In this document: piece after piece, positions 1 to 10,849 of the stretch
Layout: the number at the start of each line of letters is the position of its first letter
Numbering within the stretch: the stretch's first letter is position 1
Assembly (NCBI GenBank): GCA_965219345.1
Contig: OZ244732.1
Location: 352,001-416,000, forward strand
From: Nitrosopumilus sp.
GTDB taxonomy: Archaea > Thermoproteota > Nitrososphaeria > Nitrososphaerales > Nitrosopumilaceae
DNA length: 64,000 bases
Reading direction: 5' to 3'
Program-made: the position numbers and the translations under genes
Notes under the pieces: generated by a model
Told to the model about the DNA's origin: nothing
What the model saw: only the letters and a program-made list of their open reading frames with translations
The model's database searches: none

Positions 1-1
1 T

Positions 2-589
2 AGAGCGGCTACTGTACTTGTAAAGTCACTTGCAAAATTAATCAAACTAAAAAACTACAACATTAAAGGAATCCCAACTTCGCTACAAATCAAATTGATT
101 GCAGAAAAAGGAGGAATACCTCTAGTAGAAACTGATCAAGTAGATCACATAGATGTTGTATTTGATGGTGCAGATCAAATTAATTCTCAAAAATTTGTAA
201 TCAAAGGTGGAGGGGGTGCTTTACTACGAGAAAATATTTTGTTTAGTCTTGCAAAAAAAGTGGTAGTTATCGCAGACAAGACAAAGTTTGTAAAAAATTT
301 CACAAGGACTGTTCCAGTAGAAGTTCATCCACTTGCTAGAAATTCAGTAACAAAATCTATCAAAAAACTAGGAGGAAAAGCACAACTACGTTCACTAGAT
401 AGAGGCTATCCATTTTTTACAGAAAATGGCAACATAATTTTAGACTGTGATTTTGGAACAATAAAGAATCCAAAAGTACTTACTCAAAAAATCAAACAAA
501 CAACAGGAGTTCTAGAATCCGGAATTTTTCTTAGAAAGCCAGATGTAATTTACAGAGCCAAAACAGGTGGCAATTTTGATATTCTATAA
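2..589 (+). CDS. rpiA: Ribose-5-phosphate isomerase A (5' end outside window)
   Basis: DGAD and KGGGGALLRE motifs; frame stays open back to base 2 (..GIPTSLQ..). Confidence 0.95.
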   Translation, partial: RAATVLVKSLAKLIKLKNYNIKGIPTSLQIKLIAEKGGIPLVETDQVDHIDVVFDGADQINSQKFVIKGGGGALLRENILFSLAKKVVVIADKTKFVKNFTRTVPVEVHPLARNSVTKSIKKLGGKAQLRSLDRGYPFFTENGNIILDCDFGTIKNPKVLTQKIKQTTGVLESGIFLRKPDVIYRAKTGGNFDIL

Positions 590-604
590 AATTTTTCATA
601 AAAT

Positions 605-1270
605 CTATTTTTTGCCAAATTTTCCAAGAAGTGGAACAAAAACATAGTTTGATTGGTTTTTAATTTCAATAATTCCTTTAGAGGTCTTTTTTAACAAAAT
701 TAGAGACTGAGATAAGTCGCCTACAGGAGCGATTATGAGTCCATTTTCACCCAATTGTTCAAGCAATGGCAAAGGAATTTCTGTGCATGCTGCAGTAACA
801 ATGATTCTATCATATGGAGATGCATTTGGATAACCTAGACTACCATCATCTAAAATCACATGAACATTGTCTATTCCTAATTTCTCCAAATTTTCTTGTG
901 CAAAGTCTGCAAGTTCTGGATGTCTTTCAACAGAATAAACAGTTCCTGTTCCTACCAGGTAAGAAAGAATTGCAGATTGCCAACCAGAACCAGTACCAAT
1001 TTCAAGAATTTTTTGCCCATCTTTGATATCTAGCCATTCAGTCATTCTTGATACAACTCCTGGTTGAGAGATAGTCTGATCTTTCATAATTGGAATAGGT
1101 TCATTGCAATATGCTCCATCTAATTCGGATGTTGGAACAAACTCATGTCTAGGAATATTTCTGAATGCAGATTCAACTTTACCATCAGTGAGAAATCCTG
1201 AATCTTTTAGAGAATAGATCAAATCATTTAATGCAATATCATATTTTTTTTCAATACTAATTCTGTTCAA
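605..1270 (-). CDS. pcm: Protein-L-isoaspartate O-methyltransferase
   Basis: QTISQP, LEIGTGSGW, PYDRIIVTAA motifs. Confidence 0.95.
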   Translation of the reverse strand: MNRISIEKKYDIALNDLIYSLKDSGFLTDGKVESAFRNIPRHEFVPTSELDGAYCNEPIPIMKDQTISQPGVVSRMTEWLDIKDGQKILEIGTGSGWQSAILSYLVGTGTVYSVERHPELADFAQENLEKLGIDNVHVILDDGSLGYPNASPYDRIIVTAACTEIPLPLLEQLGENGLIIAPVGDLSQSLILLKKTSKGIIEIKNQSNYVFVPLLGKFGKK

Positions 1271-1322
1271 CTAATATAGATAATACTTTTAATGATTTAA
1301 ATCCAATTCGTTATTTTAAGAA

Positions 1323-2714
1323 TTAGTTAATTTTTCGTTCAACTAGTTTTCCATGACCAAGTTTTCCAATCACTTCAAAGTCATCAGCAACTATTTCTCC
1401 TCTAACAATTGTTTTAACAGGCCATCCTTTTAGATTTCTTCCTTCATACACGATATAATCAGAAAAACCTCCAAACAAATCAGATGTTACTTTTTTTTCT
1501 TTTTTCAAATCTATCATAGTTATATCTGCATCAGAGTTCTTTTCCAATGTTCCTTTTTGCGGATACATTCCAAAAATTTTAGCAGCATTTTGACTTGTAA
1601 ATTGAACAAACTGTTCAAGTGTGATTCTGTTCTGATTTACACCATCATTTAGTAATATTGGAATTACGGTTCCGATTCCTGGAAATCCAGCCAATGCCCC
1701 CCAAACATCATCTCCAGCTAGTTTTAGTTTAAGTTGATTCGCAACATGATCTGTACCAATAGTATCAATTCGATTCTCAGAAAGAGCATTCCAGACTGCC
1801 TTGTTGTCATTTTCTGTTCTTATTGGAGGCATAACTTTGGCAAGATATCCTTCTTGTTTGTCAAAAGATAATGAAAGATAGTGGGGACATGTCTCAACAA
1901 AAATTTTTGTTCCGAGTTTTTTCTCTTCTTCAATTTGTGCTAGTGCCAGCTCTGAGCCAATGTGAGCAAAGTAGATTACACAGTCATAATCTCTTCCATA
2001 CTTTGAAATAGTCTTGATTGCCTTTGCCTCAAATTCAGGGGAACGACTGTTAGACCAGGCAGATAATCCATCTTGATTTTTTTCTTTTGCAGTTTTAATT
2101 CCACATCCACATGATTCATAGTCTTCCGCATGAACAAGTACCGGACAGCCAAGCGGAGCTGCAGTCTTTACAGTCTGTTCAACTATTTCATCAGTTACAT
2201 TTACTTGGGATTCAACAAGTTTGGAGGAATTTGGTGGCATGTCCATGTATACATGACCAACTTCACCACCTAGATTCATGTAAATTTTGAAAGATGTGAT
2301 TCCTTTTTCAACACAAAAATTCATCTCGTTGATTTGTTGCGGAGTGAAAACAGATGCATGAATTGCATAGTCAATATAATGACTTTGGGATGATGCATCA
2401 AGCTGAGCTTGTAATAAGCTAGAAAATGGACCTTCCAATCGAAGCATTCGCATCATAGTAGTTATTCCACCAATTGCTGCGGCATGGGATTCAGTTTTTG
2501 CTGCTTTGTTTATCGGGGAATATACACCATAGTGAACATGAGTGTCTATTGGACCTGGAACAGAGATCAATCCATTGCCATTGATTTTGTTATCACACGC
2601 TGGAGTATCATTTGTAAACCCAACAATTTTTCCCTCATCAATTAGAATATTTTTGTCTAACATTCCCTGAGGAAGTATAATGTGCGAATCTGTAATCACA
2701 GTATCATACGTCAT
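1323..2714 (-). CDS. Cyclic amidohydrolase (dihydroorotase/hydantoinase/allantoinase family)
   Basis: DTHVH metal motif, SFKIYM, ETCPHYL, GTDH. Confidence 0.85.
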   Translation of the reverse strand: MTYDTVITDSHIILPQGMLDKNILIDEGKIVGFTNDTPACDNKINGNGLISVPGPIDTHVHYGVYSPINKAAKTESHAAAIGGITTMMRMLRLEGPFSSLLQAQLDASSQSHYIDYAIHASVFTPQQINEMNFCVEKGITSFKIYMNLGGEVGHVYMDMPPNSSKLVESQVNVTDEIVEQTVKTAAPLGCPVLVHAEDYESCGCGIKTAKEKNQDGLSAWSNSRSPEFEAKAIKTISKYGRDYDCVIYFAHIGSELALAQIEEEKKLGTKIFVETCPHYLSLSFDKQEGYLAKVMPPIRTENDNKAVWNALSENRIDTIGTDHVANQLKLKLAGDDVWGALAGFPGIGTVIPILLNDGVNQNRITLEQFVQFTSQNAAKIFGMYPQKGTLEKNSDADITMIDLKKEKKVTSDLFGGFSDYIVYEGRNLKGWPVKTIVRGEIVADDFEVIGKLGHGKLVERKIN

Positions 2715-3020
2715 CTGAAAATTTTATACTTGGCAGTCTATTATGCGTTGAGATGATTTATTCTTGCATTTCCATTTTAATTATTCGTTCATCAGAGTCT
2801 TCTTCATCTGTTGTTCTTCTACATGGCTTAATGGGAACAAAGAGTATTGCCTTGTGGCTTATCATACTAGTAGAACGTATGTGCATAACATAAAGACTGA
2901 GGAATTTTTTCTATATTCTTTGACCCAAAGTGGCATTTCCATGTTTTATGAACAAAAACATCTTTGTTATTGTGTTTATCAAGAAAATGAATAAAAAGAC
3001 AACTAAAAGAATGGATTCAA

Positions 3021-3092
3021 GGGCCGGTGGTTTAGGGGTATAATGCCTCGTTCGCAACGAGGATGTCGAGGGTTCGATTCCCTCCCGGTCCA
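3021..3092 (+). tRNA. tRNA-Ala(CGC)
   Basis: Cloverleaf GGGCCGG/CCGGTCC with G3:U70; anticodon arm CCTCG-TTCGCAA-CGAGG; TTCGATT T-loop. Confidence 0.95.
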
Positions 3093-3135
3093 CTTTTCCA
3101 GAAACCATTATACATAAACAAAAAATACTTAGGCC

Positions 3136-3495
3136 ATGGAAGTTTTTGACGGTAAAAAAGCTGCACAAGACTACATGTCAACACATACTCTGGCATTCTC
3201 AACTCCGGAATTAACTCTAATGAGATTTGCGTTTTGGTTAGGGGATTCAGTTCCAGATCCAAAAAACGAAGGAAAAGGATTTCCAAGAATGATGACCTTT
3301 TTGACAGAGCAAGATTATGAACCTGTCTTAATCGATGATGATAAATACGAACCATCTGGCGCAGTTAGTAGTTCCGCATTTGTTGGAAACGCCTACAAGG
3401 AAGAAAAGAATGACGGAAAGTTTTGTTCTGAATGTGGTGCAACTCTTTCAACAACAGCAAAGTTTTGTCCTGAATGTGGTACAACACAAGAATGA
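3136..3495 (+). CDS. Zinc-ribbon domain protein
   Basis: C-terminal CSECG..KFCPECG. Confidence 0.8.
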   Translation: MEVFDGKKAAQDYMSTHTLAFSTPELTLMRFAFWLGDSVPDPKNEGKGFPRMMTFLTEQDYEPVLIDDDKYEPSGAVSSSAFVGNAYKEEKNDGKFCSECGATLSTTAKFCPECGTTQE

Positions 3496-3520
3496 GAAAA
3501 TAATTTTTTAATTTCTAATT

Positions 3521-4063
3521 TTATGCTTTAGCTCCACACTTTGTGCAGAACTTTGCATTTGATCTTAGTTCAGCGCCACATGAAGAACATTCATTTCCAC
3601 TGGGTGATGTAACAGTTGTTCTTGGCATCAAACGTGGATCTGGTGACGGTAAAGTTCCAACATCCCCAAATGATTCTTGTGCAGAGACAATTCCTGGCGG
3701 GCCACCAACTGGATTTTCTGCAGTTCCGGCTCTTGGTGGCACTCCCATTCCACCTGCCATCATTCCAGGATTTCCCATTCCTGGCATCAAACCGGGAGAC
3801 TGTGTGTTTCCAGGACCTGAACCTATTGCTTTTTTCATTTCAAATATTACTTTGATAGCTAGAAATTCTAATGCAGAATATGCTACTACATAATCACCTA
3901 GTTTTTGGAAGAATTCTTTGTCGCTGAGTTGACCTTTCTTGTACATGTTGTTAGTATCTAGAAATGTTTCATAGTATCCTTGAGATTCATCAAACAAACT
4001 TTCCAGTTTATCAGATAGCATGTTTAGCGTATCTACTTCACCAAATGACATAAACTCACTCAA
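3521..4063 (-). CDS. Zinc-ribbon domain protein with Gly/Pro/Met-rich linker
   Basis: C-terminal CSSCG..KFCTKCG. Confidence 0.8.
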   Translation of the reverse strand: MSEFMSFGEVDTLNMLSDKLESLFDESQGYYETFLDTNNMYKKGQLSDKEFFQKLGDYVVAYSALEFLAIKVIFEMKKAIGSGPGNTQSPGLMPGMGNPGMMAGGMGVPPRAGTAENPVGGPPGIVSAQESFGDVGTLPSPDPRLMPRTTVTSPSGNECSSCGAELRSNAKFCTKCGAKA

Positions 4064-4118
4064 TTTTAGGAATATTAATTACTTTAGGAACAAAAAAGAG
4101 GAAAAACGAGTTCGGGAC

Positions 4119-4445
4119 TTATGCTAGTGCTCTATCAATCATACTTTTGTATGATTCTTTAGAAGCAGCGCCTACCTGCTGGCTAACTATTTCACCTTTG
4201 TTAAGGATAATTAAGGTTGGAATACTAAAGACATTGTATTTTGATGCCAATTCATTAGCCTCATCAACATTGACCTTAACAAATTTTACTTTACCTTCAT
4301 AGTCATTTGCCAATTCTTCTACTACAGGACTTACCATTCTACATGGACCACACCATTCGGCCCAAAAGTCTACGAATACAGGAATATCAGAGTTTACCAC
4401 ATCGACTTCCCAAGACTTTGCATCTGATACTTGTGTAATTGCCAT
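4119..4445 (-). CDS. trxA: Thioredoxin
   Basis: WCGPC active site. Confidence 0.97.
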   Translation of the reverse strand: MAITQVSDAKSWEVDVVNSDIPVFVDFWAEWCGPCRMVSPVVEELANDYEGKVKFVKVNVDEANELASKYNVFSIPTLIILNKGEIVSQQVGAASKESYKSMIDRALA

Positions 4446-4560
4446 TGTACTATTGTTTTATTGTTCATACCTAAAAATGTTCACCAGAATTAACACCATA
4501 TTTTTTGTTGGAAAATTAATTTTGATACATACTTAAATGACGTTTTGATAAATCTCATAC

Positions 4561-5283
4561 ATGAGTTCAGAACTTAGACTGAAAAAATTAAGAGGTTCCG
4601 GAGGCTATGTTATGGCCAAAGTTACTGATGAACAACAGGTGAAAGGAAATCTTGGCGGTCCTGATCTGTTTTTAGCTCCAATTGGTAGATTAGACTCAGA
4701 AACAATAACTAAACATTTTTGCAATACTTGTGAAAAAGAGTTTGAGGGTCCTCCAAAGATAGAATTTGAGAATCCCAATGAACAAGTTGCAGAAAATCTA
4801 ATTCTTGCAGAAAAAGGACAATACATCTGTAATTCATGTAATTCTGCAATTGCAGAATATAGAGATTTCAAGAAACAAGATGAGACAGAGGAAATTGGAA
4901 ACGCAAAACCAATGGAAGAAGTTCAAAGTGCACCGCAGAAAGTTGAAGAGTCATCAACACAAACTCCACAGGAAGCAGTTACAGAGCCAGGTCCAGCAAC
5001 TTCAGTCAGTTCAATTGAAGGTAGAACAGTATATGATGAAAATGCCAACAAGATTGGAATTGCAAAACAAGTAGGTATTGATTCTACGCAGTCAATGGTT
5101 CTAGTATTAACTAAAAATGATGGCACTGAAGGCAGTATTACATGGAAGAGTATCAAAAAGATTGGCGAAGTAATTCTTCTAGGAAATCCAGAAGCTGTTT
5201 CTCAACCAGGAAAGTGCTCTAATTGTGGATTTGGGAATAAAGAAGGATCCAAATTCTGTGAAGAGTGTGGAACCAAGCTCTAA
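4561..5283 (+). CDS. Zinc-ribbon and PRC-barrel-like domain protein
   Basis: Four CxxC motifs; SIEGRTVYDENANKIG...IKKIGEVILL resembles a PRC barrel. Confidence 0.75.
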   Translation: MSSELRLKKLRGSGGYVMAKVTDEQQVKGNLGGPDLFLAPIGRLDSETITKHFCNTCEKEFEGPPKIEFENPNEQVAENLILAEKGQYICNSCNSAIAEYRDFKKQDETEEIGNAKPMEEVQSAPQKVEESSTQTPQEAVTEPGPATSVSSIEGRTVYDENANKIGIAKQVGIDSTQSMVLVLTKNDGTEGSITWKSIKKIGEVILLGNPEAVSQPGKCSNCGFGNKEGSKFCEECGTKL

Positions 5284-5324
5284 TAGCTAACAAATTTAAT
5301 CAATGAATATAGGCGATGATATAA

Positions 5325-6038
5325 TTGGCAAAAAGATCTATCTCAAAAGGAGTTATCAAAGATATTGTTATCGTTGGGGTAGGTGTTTTAGTAATTTGGT
5401 TAGGATTAACATTAGCATTTGGAACACAAAATCCATTTTATGTAGTTGCAAGTGGAAGTATGATTCCAGAATTAGAAGTATATGATGTTTTGATAGTTCA
5501 AGGACATGAGCCTTTTGAAGAAATTGAGATAGGTGATGTCATTGTATTTAATCGACCTTCAGATCATAACAGGGTAATTGTACATCGAGTAGTTTCAATA
5601 ATTGATGATGAACCTAAAACACTTAGAACGCAAGGAGATGCAAATCCAGCATCAATTCCTGGAACTGACTTTCCAATTACTAAAGAAGAGTACATAGGAA
5701 AAGTAGTACACACACTTCCACAAGTAGGATATGTCACACAGTTAGTAAAACCACCAATAAACTATGTCATAATTGTAGTTGTCATAGGGATAATGGTTGT
5801 AAAACAGATAACAAAGAAGAAAAAGGAGAAAGAGTCTACACTTTCAAATCTATTTGATTCAGAACCAGTAGATTCAGAAAATAAAGACACAGTTGGAGAG
5901 TTATCAGATATTAGTAAGATAGAAAAAGATTCTGAATATTCTGAGCATATAGAAAAAGCAGAGATTGTAGAAGACGAATTAGACATAGAAGAACCTGAAG
6001 AAGAAACTAAAACAGACGATAAAAGTAAAGAAGAATAA
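5325..6038 (+). CDS. Signal peptidase I, archaeal/Sec11 type
   Basis: SGSMxP, IVHRV, TQGDAN motifs; TM helices; acidic tail. Confidence 0.92.
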   Translation: MAKRSISKGVIKDIVIVGVGVLVIWLGLTLAFGTQNPFYVVASGSMIPELEVYDVLIVQGHEPFEEIEIGDVIVFNRPSDHNRVIVHRVVSIIDDEPKTLRTQGDANPASIPGTDFPITKEEYIGKVVHTLPQVGYVTQLVKPPINYVIIVVVIGIMVVKQITKKKKEKESTLSNLFDSEPVDSENKDTVGELSDISKIEKDSEYSEHIEKAEIVEDELDIEEPEEETKTDDKSKEE

Positions 6039-6262
6039 AATAAATCCGCCAAGATTCATGCAAACAGGTTCACATTATGCCAAGAAAAGAGCAATAGATC
6101 GTCCTGTTTGCTTGGTGATATTATTGCGTAAAATTAACTAAAAAAGGATCCTCAGAAATCATCAGTTCCAAGAGTAGAATCATTTATCAGCTGGCACAAA
6201 AAAAATTTCGAATTTAAATTTTATAATCAGATCGTATGAAGACTAAAAAATTATTTCAGAGT

Positions 6263-7789
6263 CTATAGAATAGAATCTTTTGTTTGGAATATTCGTTTAA
6301 AGTAATCAGAAGGTTCCGATGGTTCTTCAATGTCGTTGGTGATGCCAGCTAGCTTCTTTGCAAGATTCTTTTTGTAACCAATCTGCATCTGTCTTTGAAT
6401 TTGGATTCTTTGTGCTTGTGGAGAACCTGCACCATGCATAGATTCTGTAAGATACCCCACAGAATTTCTTCCAAGAGTCATGTTTTCAATTAGTCTAAGA
6501 ATTCTCATTCTGTTTTCAACGTCAACACCTTTTCTTCCTACAAGGAATCTTTTGAGTAATGGTCCAGCTACTGGATGTCTAAAGTCCTTTTCAGATGGAA
6601 GGGTTACTACCAGTCCACCTGCAATATCTTGTGCAAGCCTACTAATCTCATATGGGAATCGAGTAACGTTGTGTTTGCAAACTTGTGCGAGCATATCTTC
6701 ATTTAGATATACACCTGACTTCATCTTATGTCCTAGGTGGGAAGATGCGATTCCTGCAGCAAAGATTGTTTCATTAAGATGTGTCATCTCAACAATTTTG
6801 TCTTTGATATGAGATACCTTTGGTACTCCATTATAGTCAGCAATTGTAGCTGCTGCACCAATGAGTACATCACCAAGTCCTGTTTTGCACACATAACTAC
6901 GTCTATGATAACAAGTAAAACGCTCTATCAGCATAGATGCAAATTCATGTTCCCCATGCATGAAAACTTTGTCCCATGGAATAAACACTCTATCTAAAAT
7001 CATCAAGGCTTCTTGTCCACCATATTTTGCGTTACCATCATCAATGTCACCTTCTTCCATGCTTCTAGTGTCACAAGACTGTCTACCATAGATGTAAGTG
7101 ACTCCTTTTGCATCTGCTGGTATTGCACCGACAATTGCCCAGTCTTTGTCATTTTCTGTTAGTCTAACAGTTGGCATCAAAATTATCCAATGTGAGTTAA
7201 TACAACCAGTTTGGTGTGCTTTTGCACCAGATACATAGATTCCTTTATCATCAGTCTCTACTACTCTAGTAAACATTTCTGGATCATCTTGTTCTGCTGG
7301 TCCTTTACTTCTATCACCCTTAGGATCAGTCATTGCACCGCCAATTACAAGATTTTCTTGTTGAACCATCTTTACAAAATCTAATAATCTTTGATGATAG
7401 TTTGTTCCATGTTTCTCATCTATTTCAAAAGTAACAGAGTGTAAAGAATTCAATGCATCCATTCCAACACATCTCTGGAAACATGTTCCAGTGTTTTGTC
7501 CCAATGTTCTTTGCATCTTATTTTGTAAAACTAAATCTTGTGCACTTTCTGCAATGTGTAAAAATCTGTTAACTCTCAATCCAGTAATTGATGAATCAGC
7601 TGAAGCTAGAGCTTCGTCACGCATTGCAAGATCATAAGTTTCTGCAACTGCGTTAATTGATGGTCTAATCATTGGATGATCTACTGGTTCTTTCACTAGT
7701 TCTCCAAATAGGTAAACTACGAGATCACGACCTCTAAGACTTTGGATATAATCATCGCCACTTCTAATTGTCTTTAAGACATTAGCCAT
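6263..7789 (-). CDS. abfD: 4-hydroxybutyryl-CoA dehydratase (3HP/4HB carbon fixation cycle)
   Basis: TGTCFQRCVGMD, AMTDPKGDRS, HRRSYVCK, ESMHGAGSPQAQ motifs. Confidence 0.95.
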   Translation of the reverse strand: MANVLKTIRSGDDYIQSLRGRDLVVYLFGELVKEPVDHPMIRPSINAVAETYDLAMRDEALASADSSITGLRVNRFLHIAESAQDLVLQNKMQRTLGQNTGTCFQRCVGMDALNSLHSVTFEIDEKHGTNYHQRLLDFVKMVQQENLVIGGAMTDPKGDRSKGPAEQDDPEMFTRVVETDDKGIYVSGAKAHQTGCINSHWIILMPTVRLTENDKDWAIVGAIPADAKGVTYIYGRQSCDTRSMEEGDIDDGNAKYGGQEALMILDRVFIPWDKVFMHGEHEFASMLIERFTCYHRRSYVCKTGLGDVLIGAAATIADYNGVPKVSHIKDKIVEMTHLNETIFAAGIASSHLGHKMKSGVYLNEDMLAQVCKHNVTRFPYEISRLAQDIAGGLVVTLPSEKDFRHPVAGPLLKRFLVGRKGVDVENRMRILRLIENMTLGRNSVGYLTESMHGAGSPQAQRIQIQRQMQIGYKKNLAKKLAGITNDIEEPSEPSDYFKRIFQTKDSIL

Positions 7790-7862
7790 GTAACAATATA
7801 GTCATTTATGATGTATAAATATTCTAGATTGGCCATAGTAAAAATTTAGGAACAAATTATTT

Positions 7863-9959
7863 TTAGAGTCCTATTCGGACATCTAGAATGCGACAACCCT
7901 TTCCCTTCTCCATTACTAATACAGGATTCATATCTAATTCTTTGATCTCTTTAAAGTCAGAAACTAATTGAGATAGTCTCTGAATACATTCAGAGAGTTT
8001 TGATATGTCTGAAGGTTTTTCGCCTCTCACACCTTGTAGGATTTTTTGTGTCTTAATTGATGCTATCATGTCGTCTGCTTCTCTTTCAGTTACAGGCGCT
8101 AGCTTGAATGTTACATCTTTGAGAACTTCTACATAGATTCCTCCCATTCCAAGCATAACCACTGGACCAAATCCAGGCTCGAGTTTTGAACCAATGATTA
8201 GTTCTTTACCACCCTTTACCATCTCTACAATCAAGACACCTTTGATCTCGGCTTTCTTGTTGTAATTTTTAGCATTTTTGATAATTATTTTGAATGCATC
8301 TTTGATCTCAGATTCATTTGTCAAGTTTACTTTAACACCACCTGCATCAGATTTATGAATAATTTGAGGTGATGCAATCTTCATCACTACTGGATAACCA
8401 ATCTTCTTTGCAATTTTTACTGCTTCAGCTTCTGTTGTAGCAAGCGCACTTGATGGTAGCGGTAAACCATATGCTTTGAGAATTTCTTGTCCTTCTTCTT
8501 CCAGTAGATTTGGTCTCTTTTCTTTTTTAGCTTGATCAAAGATTTTCTTGACTTTTTCTTTGTTTACTTTGAATTTGGTAATTTTTCCAGTTGGAGCTTT
8601 AACCCAGTTTGAAAATCTAATCATTGCCGCAAGGGTTCTGATTGCTCCCTCGGCATATGTATAATATGGAACATTTCCTTTTGCCAAAATTTCTCTGTTG
8701 GTAATTCCTTCATCTAATCCCATCAAGCTTGCAAGCATGGTCTTTTTGTATTTCTTTGACATCTCAACAATAACTTCTGCAAGTTTATCATAATCTAGAG
8801 TTCCAGAAGGAGTACACATTGTGATAACAGAACCAACTTTTGGATGTTTGAGTACACGGTCCAAAACATTATTGAATCTGTTAAAATCAGCATCACCTAC
8901 AATGTCAACAGGGTTTCGGGAGCTTCCCCAAGGTGGAATTACCTCGTCAATTTTTTTTCTAATACTTGTAATGTCTGCCATCTTGATTTTTGTCTTAGAA
9001 CATGCATCAGTAGAGATGATTGCAGGGCCACCTGCGTTTGAAACAATTACAAGATCACCAGCTGATGGTAGTGGCTGTTTAGAAAATGCTGTTGCATAAT
9101 CAAAGAGTTCTTCCATAGTATCAACTCTGATTGCACCAGACTGTTTCAGCACAGCATCATAGATTTCATCAGAGCCCATCAAGGCTCCAGTATGAGACAT
9201 TGCAGCCTTTGCGCCTTCTGGGCTACGTCCTGATTTAAGAACAAGAATTGGTTTTTTGAGTTTTTTAGTAATATTTTTACAAACTTTAAGGAATTCCTGA
9301 CCATTTCCCATGTCCTCGAGATACATTACAATAACTTCGGTTTGTTTATGATTTGCAAGTATCTTTAGAATGTCAACTTCGCTCATTGAAGCTTTGTTTC
9401 CAAGACTAATTACTGCAGAAAAGCCAATTCCTTGAGCGCTAGCATCCTCAACCAATGCGGCACATATTGCACCACTCTGAGATACAAGTGCAATTTTTCC
9501 AGATCTTGGTGTAATTTTAAGAAATGTTGAATTCATCATTGTCTTTGGATCAAGATTCATGACACCAAGACAGTTCGGTCCAATGATTTGGACTTTGTAT
9601 TTTTTAGCTATGTCCTTGAGTTCTTGTTCACGTTTTGCGCCTTCTTCATCAACTTCTTTGAATCCAGCTGTGATGATAATGACACCTTTAATTTTTTTCT
9701 TGCCACACTCTTCCACCACTTGTCCAACCAGTGTATTTTTGATAACAATAACTGCAAGATCAATTGGTTTAGGAACATCTAAGACACTCTTGTATGCTTT
9801 TTTGTAAAAGACTGTGTCTCTTGAGGGACTAATTGGATAAACAATTCCTTTGAAACCATTCATAATGTTTGAGGTAATGGTAGCTCCAACACTTCCTCTC
9901 TTGTCAGATGCACCAATTACTGCAATTGATTTTGGTGATAAAAAGACAGATTCAGCCAT
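7863..9959 (-). CDS. ADP-forming acyl-CoA synthetase, probably 4-hydroxybutyrate-CoA ligase
   Basis: CoA-binding N-terminus, GPNCLG, SHTG phospho-His, ATP-grasp C-terminus; directly upstream of the dehydratase. Confidence 0.88.
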   Translation of the reverse strand: MAESVFLSPKSIAVIGASDKRGSVGATITSNIMNGFKGIVYPISPSRDTVFYKKAYKSVLDVPKPIDLAVIVIKNTLVGQVVEECGKKKIKGVIIITAGFKEVDEEGAKREQELKDIAKKYKVQIIGPNCLGVMNLDPKTMMNSTFLKITPRSGKIALVSQSGAICAALVEDASAQGIGFSAVISLGNKASMSEVDILKILANHKQTEVIVMYLEDMGNGQEFLKVCKNITKKLKKPILVLKSGRSPEGAKAAMSHTGALMGSDEIYDAVLKQSGAIRVDTMEELFDYATAFSKQPLPSAGDLVIVSNAGGPAIISTDACSKTKIKMADITSIRKKIDEVIPPWGSSRNPVDIVGDADFNRFNNVLDRVLKHPKVGSVITMCTPSGTLDYDKLAEVIVEMSKKYKKTMLASLMGLDEGITNREILAKGNVPYYTYAEGAIRTLAAMIRFSNWVKAPTGKITKFKVNKEKVKKIFDQAKKEKRPNLLEEEGQEILKAYGLPLPSSALATTEAEAVKIAKKIGYPVVMKIASPQIIHKSDAGGVKVNLTNESEIKDAFKIIIKNAKNYNKKAEIKGVLIVEMVKGGKELIIGSKLEPGFGPVVMLGMGGIYVEVLKDVTFKLAPVTEREADDMIASIKTQKILQGVRGEKPSDISKLSECIQRLSQLVSDFKEIKELDMNPVLVMEKGKGCRILDVRIGL

Positions 9960-10024
9960 GTAAGTTGGATCTAAGGATTTTATATAATAAAGTTATTCAT
10001 AGAAATTTCCGATCTATGATTTTT

Positions 10025-10381
10025 TTAGCTTCCCAACATTTTTCCTGCCAGATTCTCTTTTCTAGGAATCCATACAATTGAAAGATTAGAAAATTTTCCC
10101 ATAATACCCCAAGCCTCTCGTGCCAGAATTCGAAGTTGTTCATTATTAATTGCAAATTCATGATTCAATTGATTTACAGTATTTTTAGAATCACTGTAAA
10201 TAATAATTCCATCATTTGAATCAACAAACTTGTTTAACGCAGAGATTATTGCCAAGTATTCAGCTTGATTGTTTGTTAGCTCTGGTTTTTTTTCATAAAA
10301 TGATTCTCCTGTATCTTTTACAAAGTATCCGTACCCACTATCAGGACCTCCAGAACCATCAACGTAAACGCTAATTCCCAT
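10025..10381 (-). CDS. rnhA: Ribonuclease HI
   Basis: YVDGSG, TNNQAEY, SDS, WIPRKEN motifs. Confidence 0.88.
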   Translation of the reverse strand: MGISVYVDGSGGPDSGYGYFVKDTGESFYEKKPELTNNQAEYLAIISALNKFVDSNDGIIIYSDSKNTVNQLNHEFAINNEQLRILAREAWGIMGKFSNLSIVWIPRKENLAGKMLGS

Positions 10382-10814
10382 CTTTATACAACCTCACTAA
10401 CTTTACATTCAGATTTGCCACTATCAAAAAAATCATTGCCGATATACTTTGTGATATAATTGATGCCATATATGGATCATAGTCTATAGTCAGAAAATAG
10501 TACTGCAAACCCCATCTCGCAATAGTATAAACAACTTCAGCAATTCCAAGAGAGGTAACTAATTTTATGATATCACGTTTTAGTTTTACAGTATCTGTAC
10601 CACCAGATTCAATGCGATATTTTTTTCTGTTATCGAAATAGTATAACGCACAAAAAACTGAAAAGTAAATGGAATAATCTGCAATTGTGGTATATGTTGA
10701 GTTTAGATAGTCTTCTTGATCAGATAAAAGTTGGGCAATTGCTGCAGAAATAATTATTGATGTTAAAATTGCGATTAGAATATTTTTGTTAAGTTTAAGA
10801 TAATCTTGTAACAT
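10371..10814 (-). CDS. Hypothetical membrane protein
   Basis: 147-aa ORF with about 4 hydrophobic segments, overlapping the next gene. Confidence 0.7.
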   Translation of the reverse strand: MLQDYLKLNKNILIAILTSIIISAAIAQLLSDQEDYLNSTYTTIADYSIYFSVFCALYYFDNRKKYRIESGGTDTVKLKRDIIKLVTSLGIAEVVYTIARWGLQYYFLTIDYDPYMASIISQSISAMIFLIVANLNVKLVRLYKDGN

Positions 10815-10849
10815 AATTTTAATTATTTTTTGTCACAATTAAACTAAGA

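Noticed and set aside
2911-3355. Minus-strand ORFs of 85 and 107 aa
   Set aside because: They overlap tRNA-Ala and the real plus-strand gene; shadow ORFs
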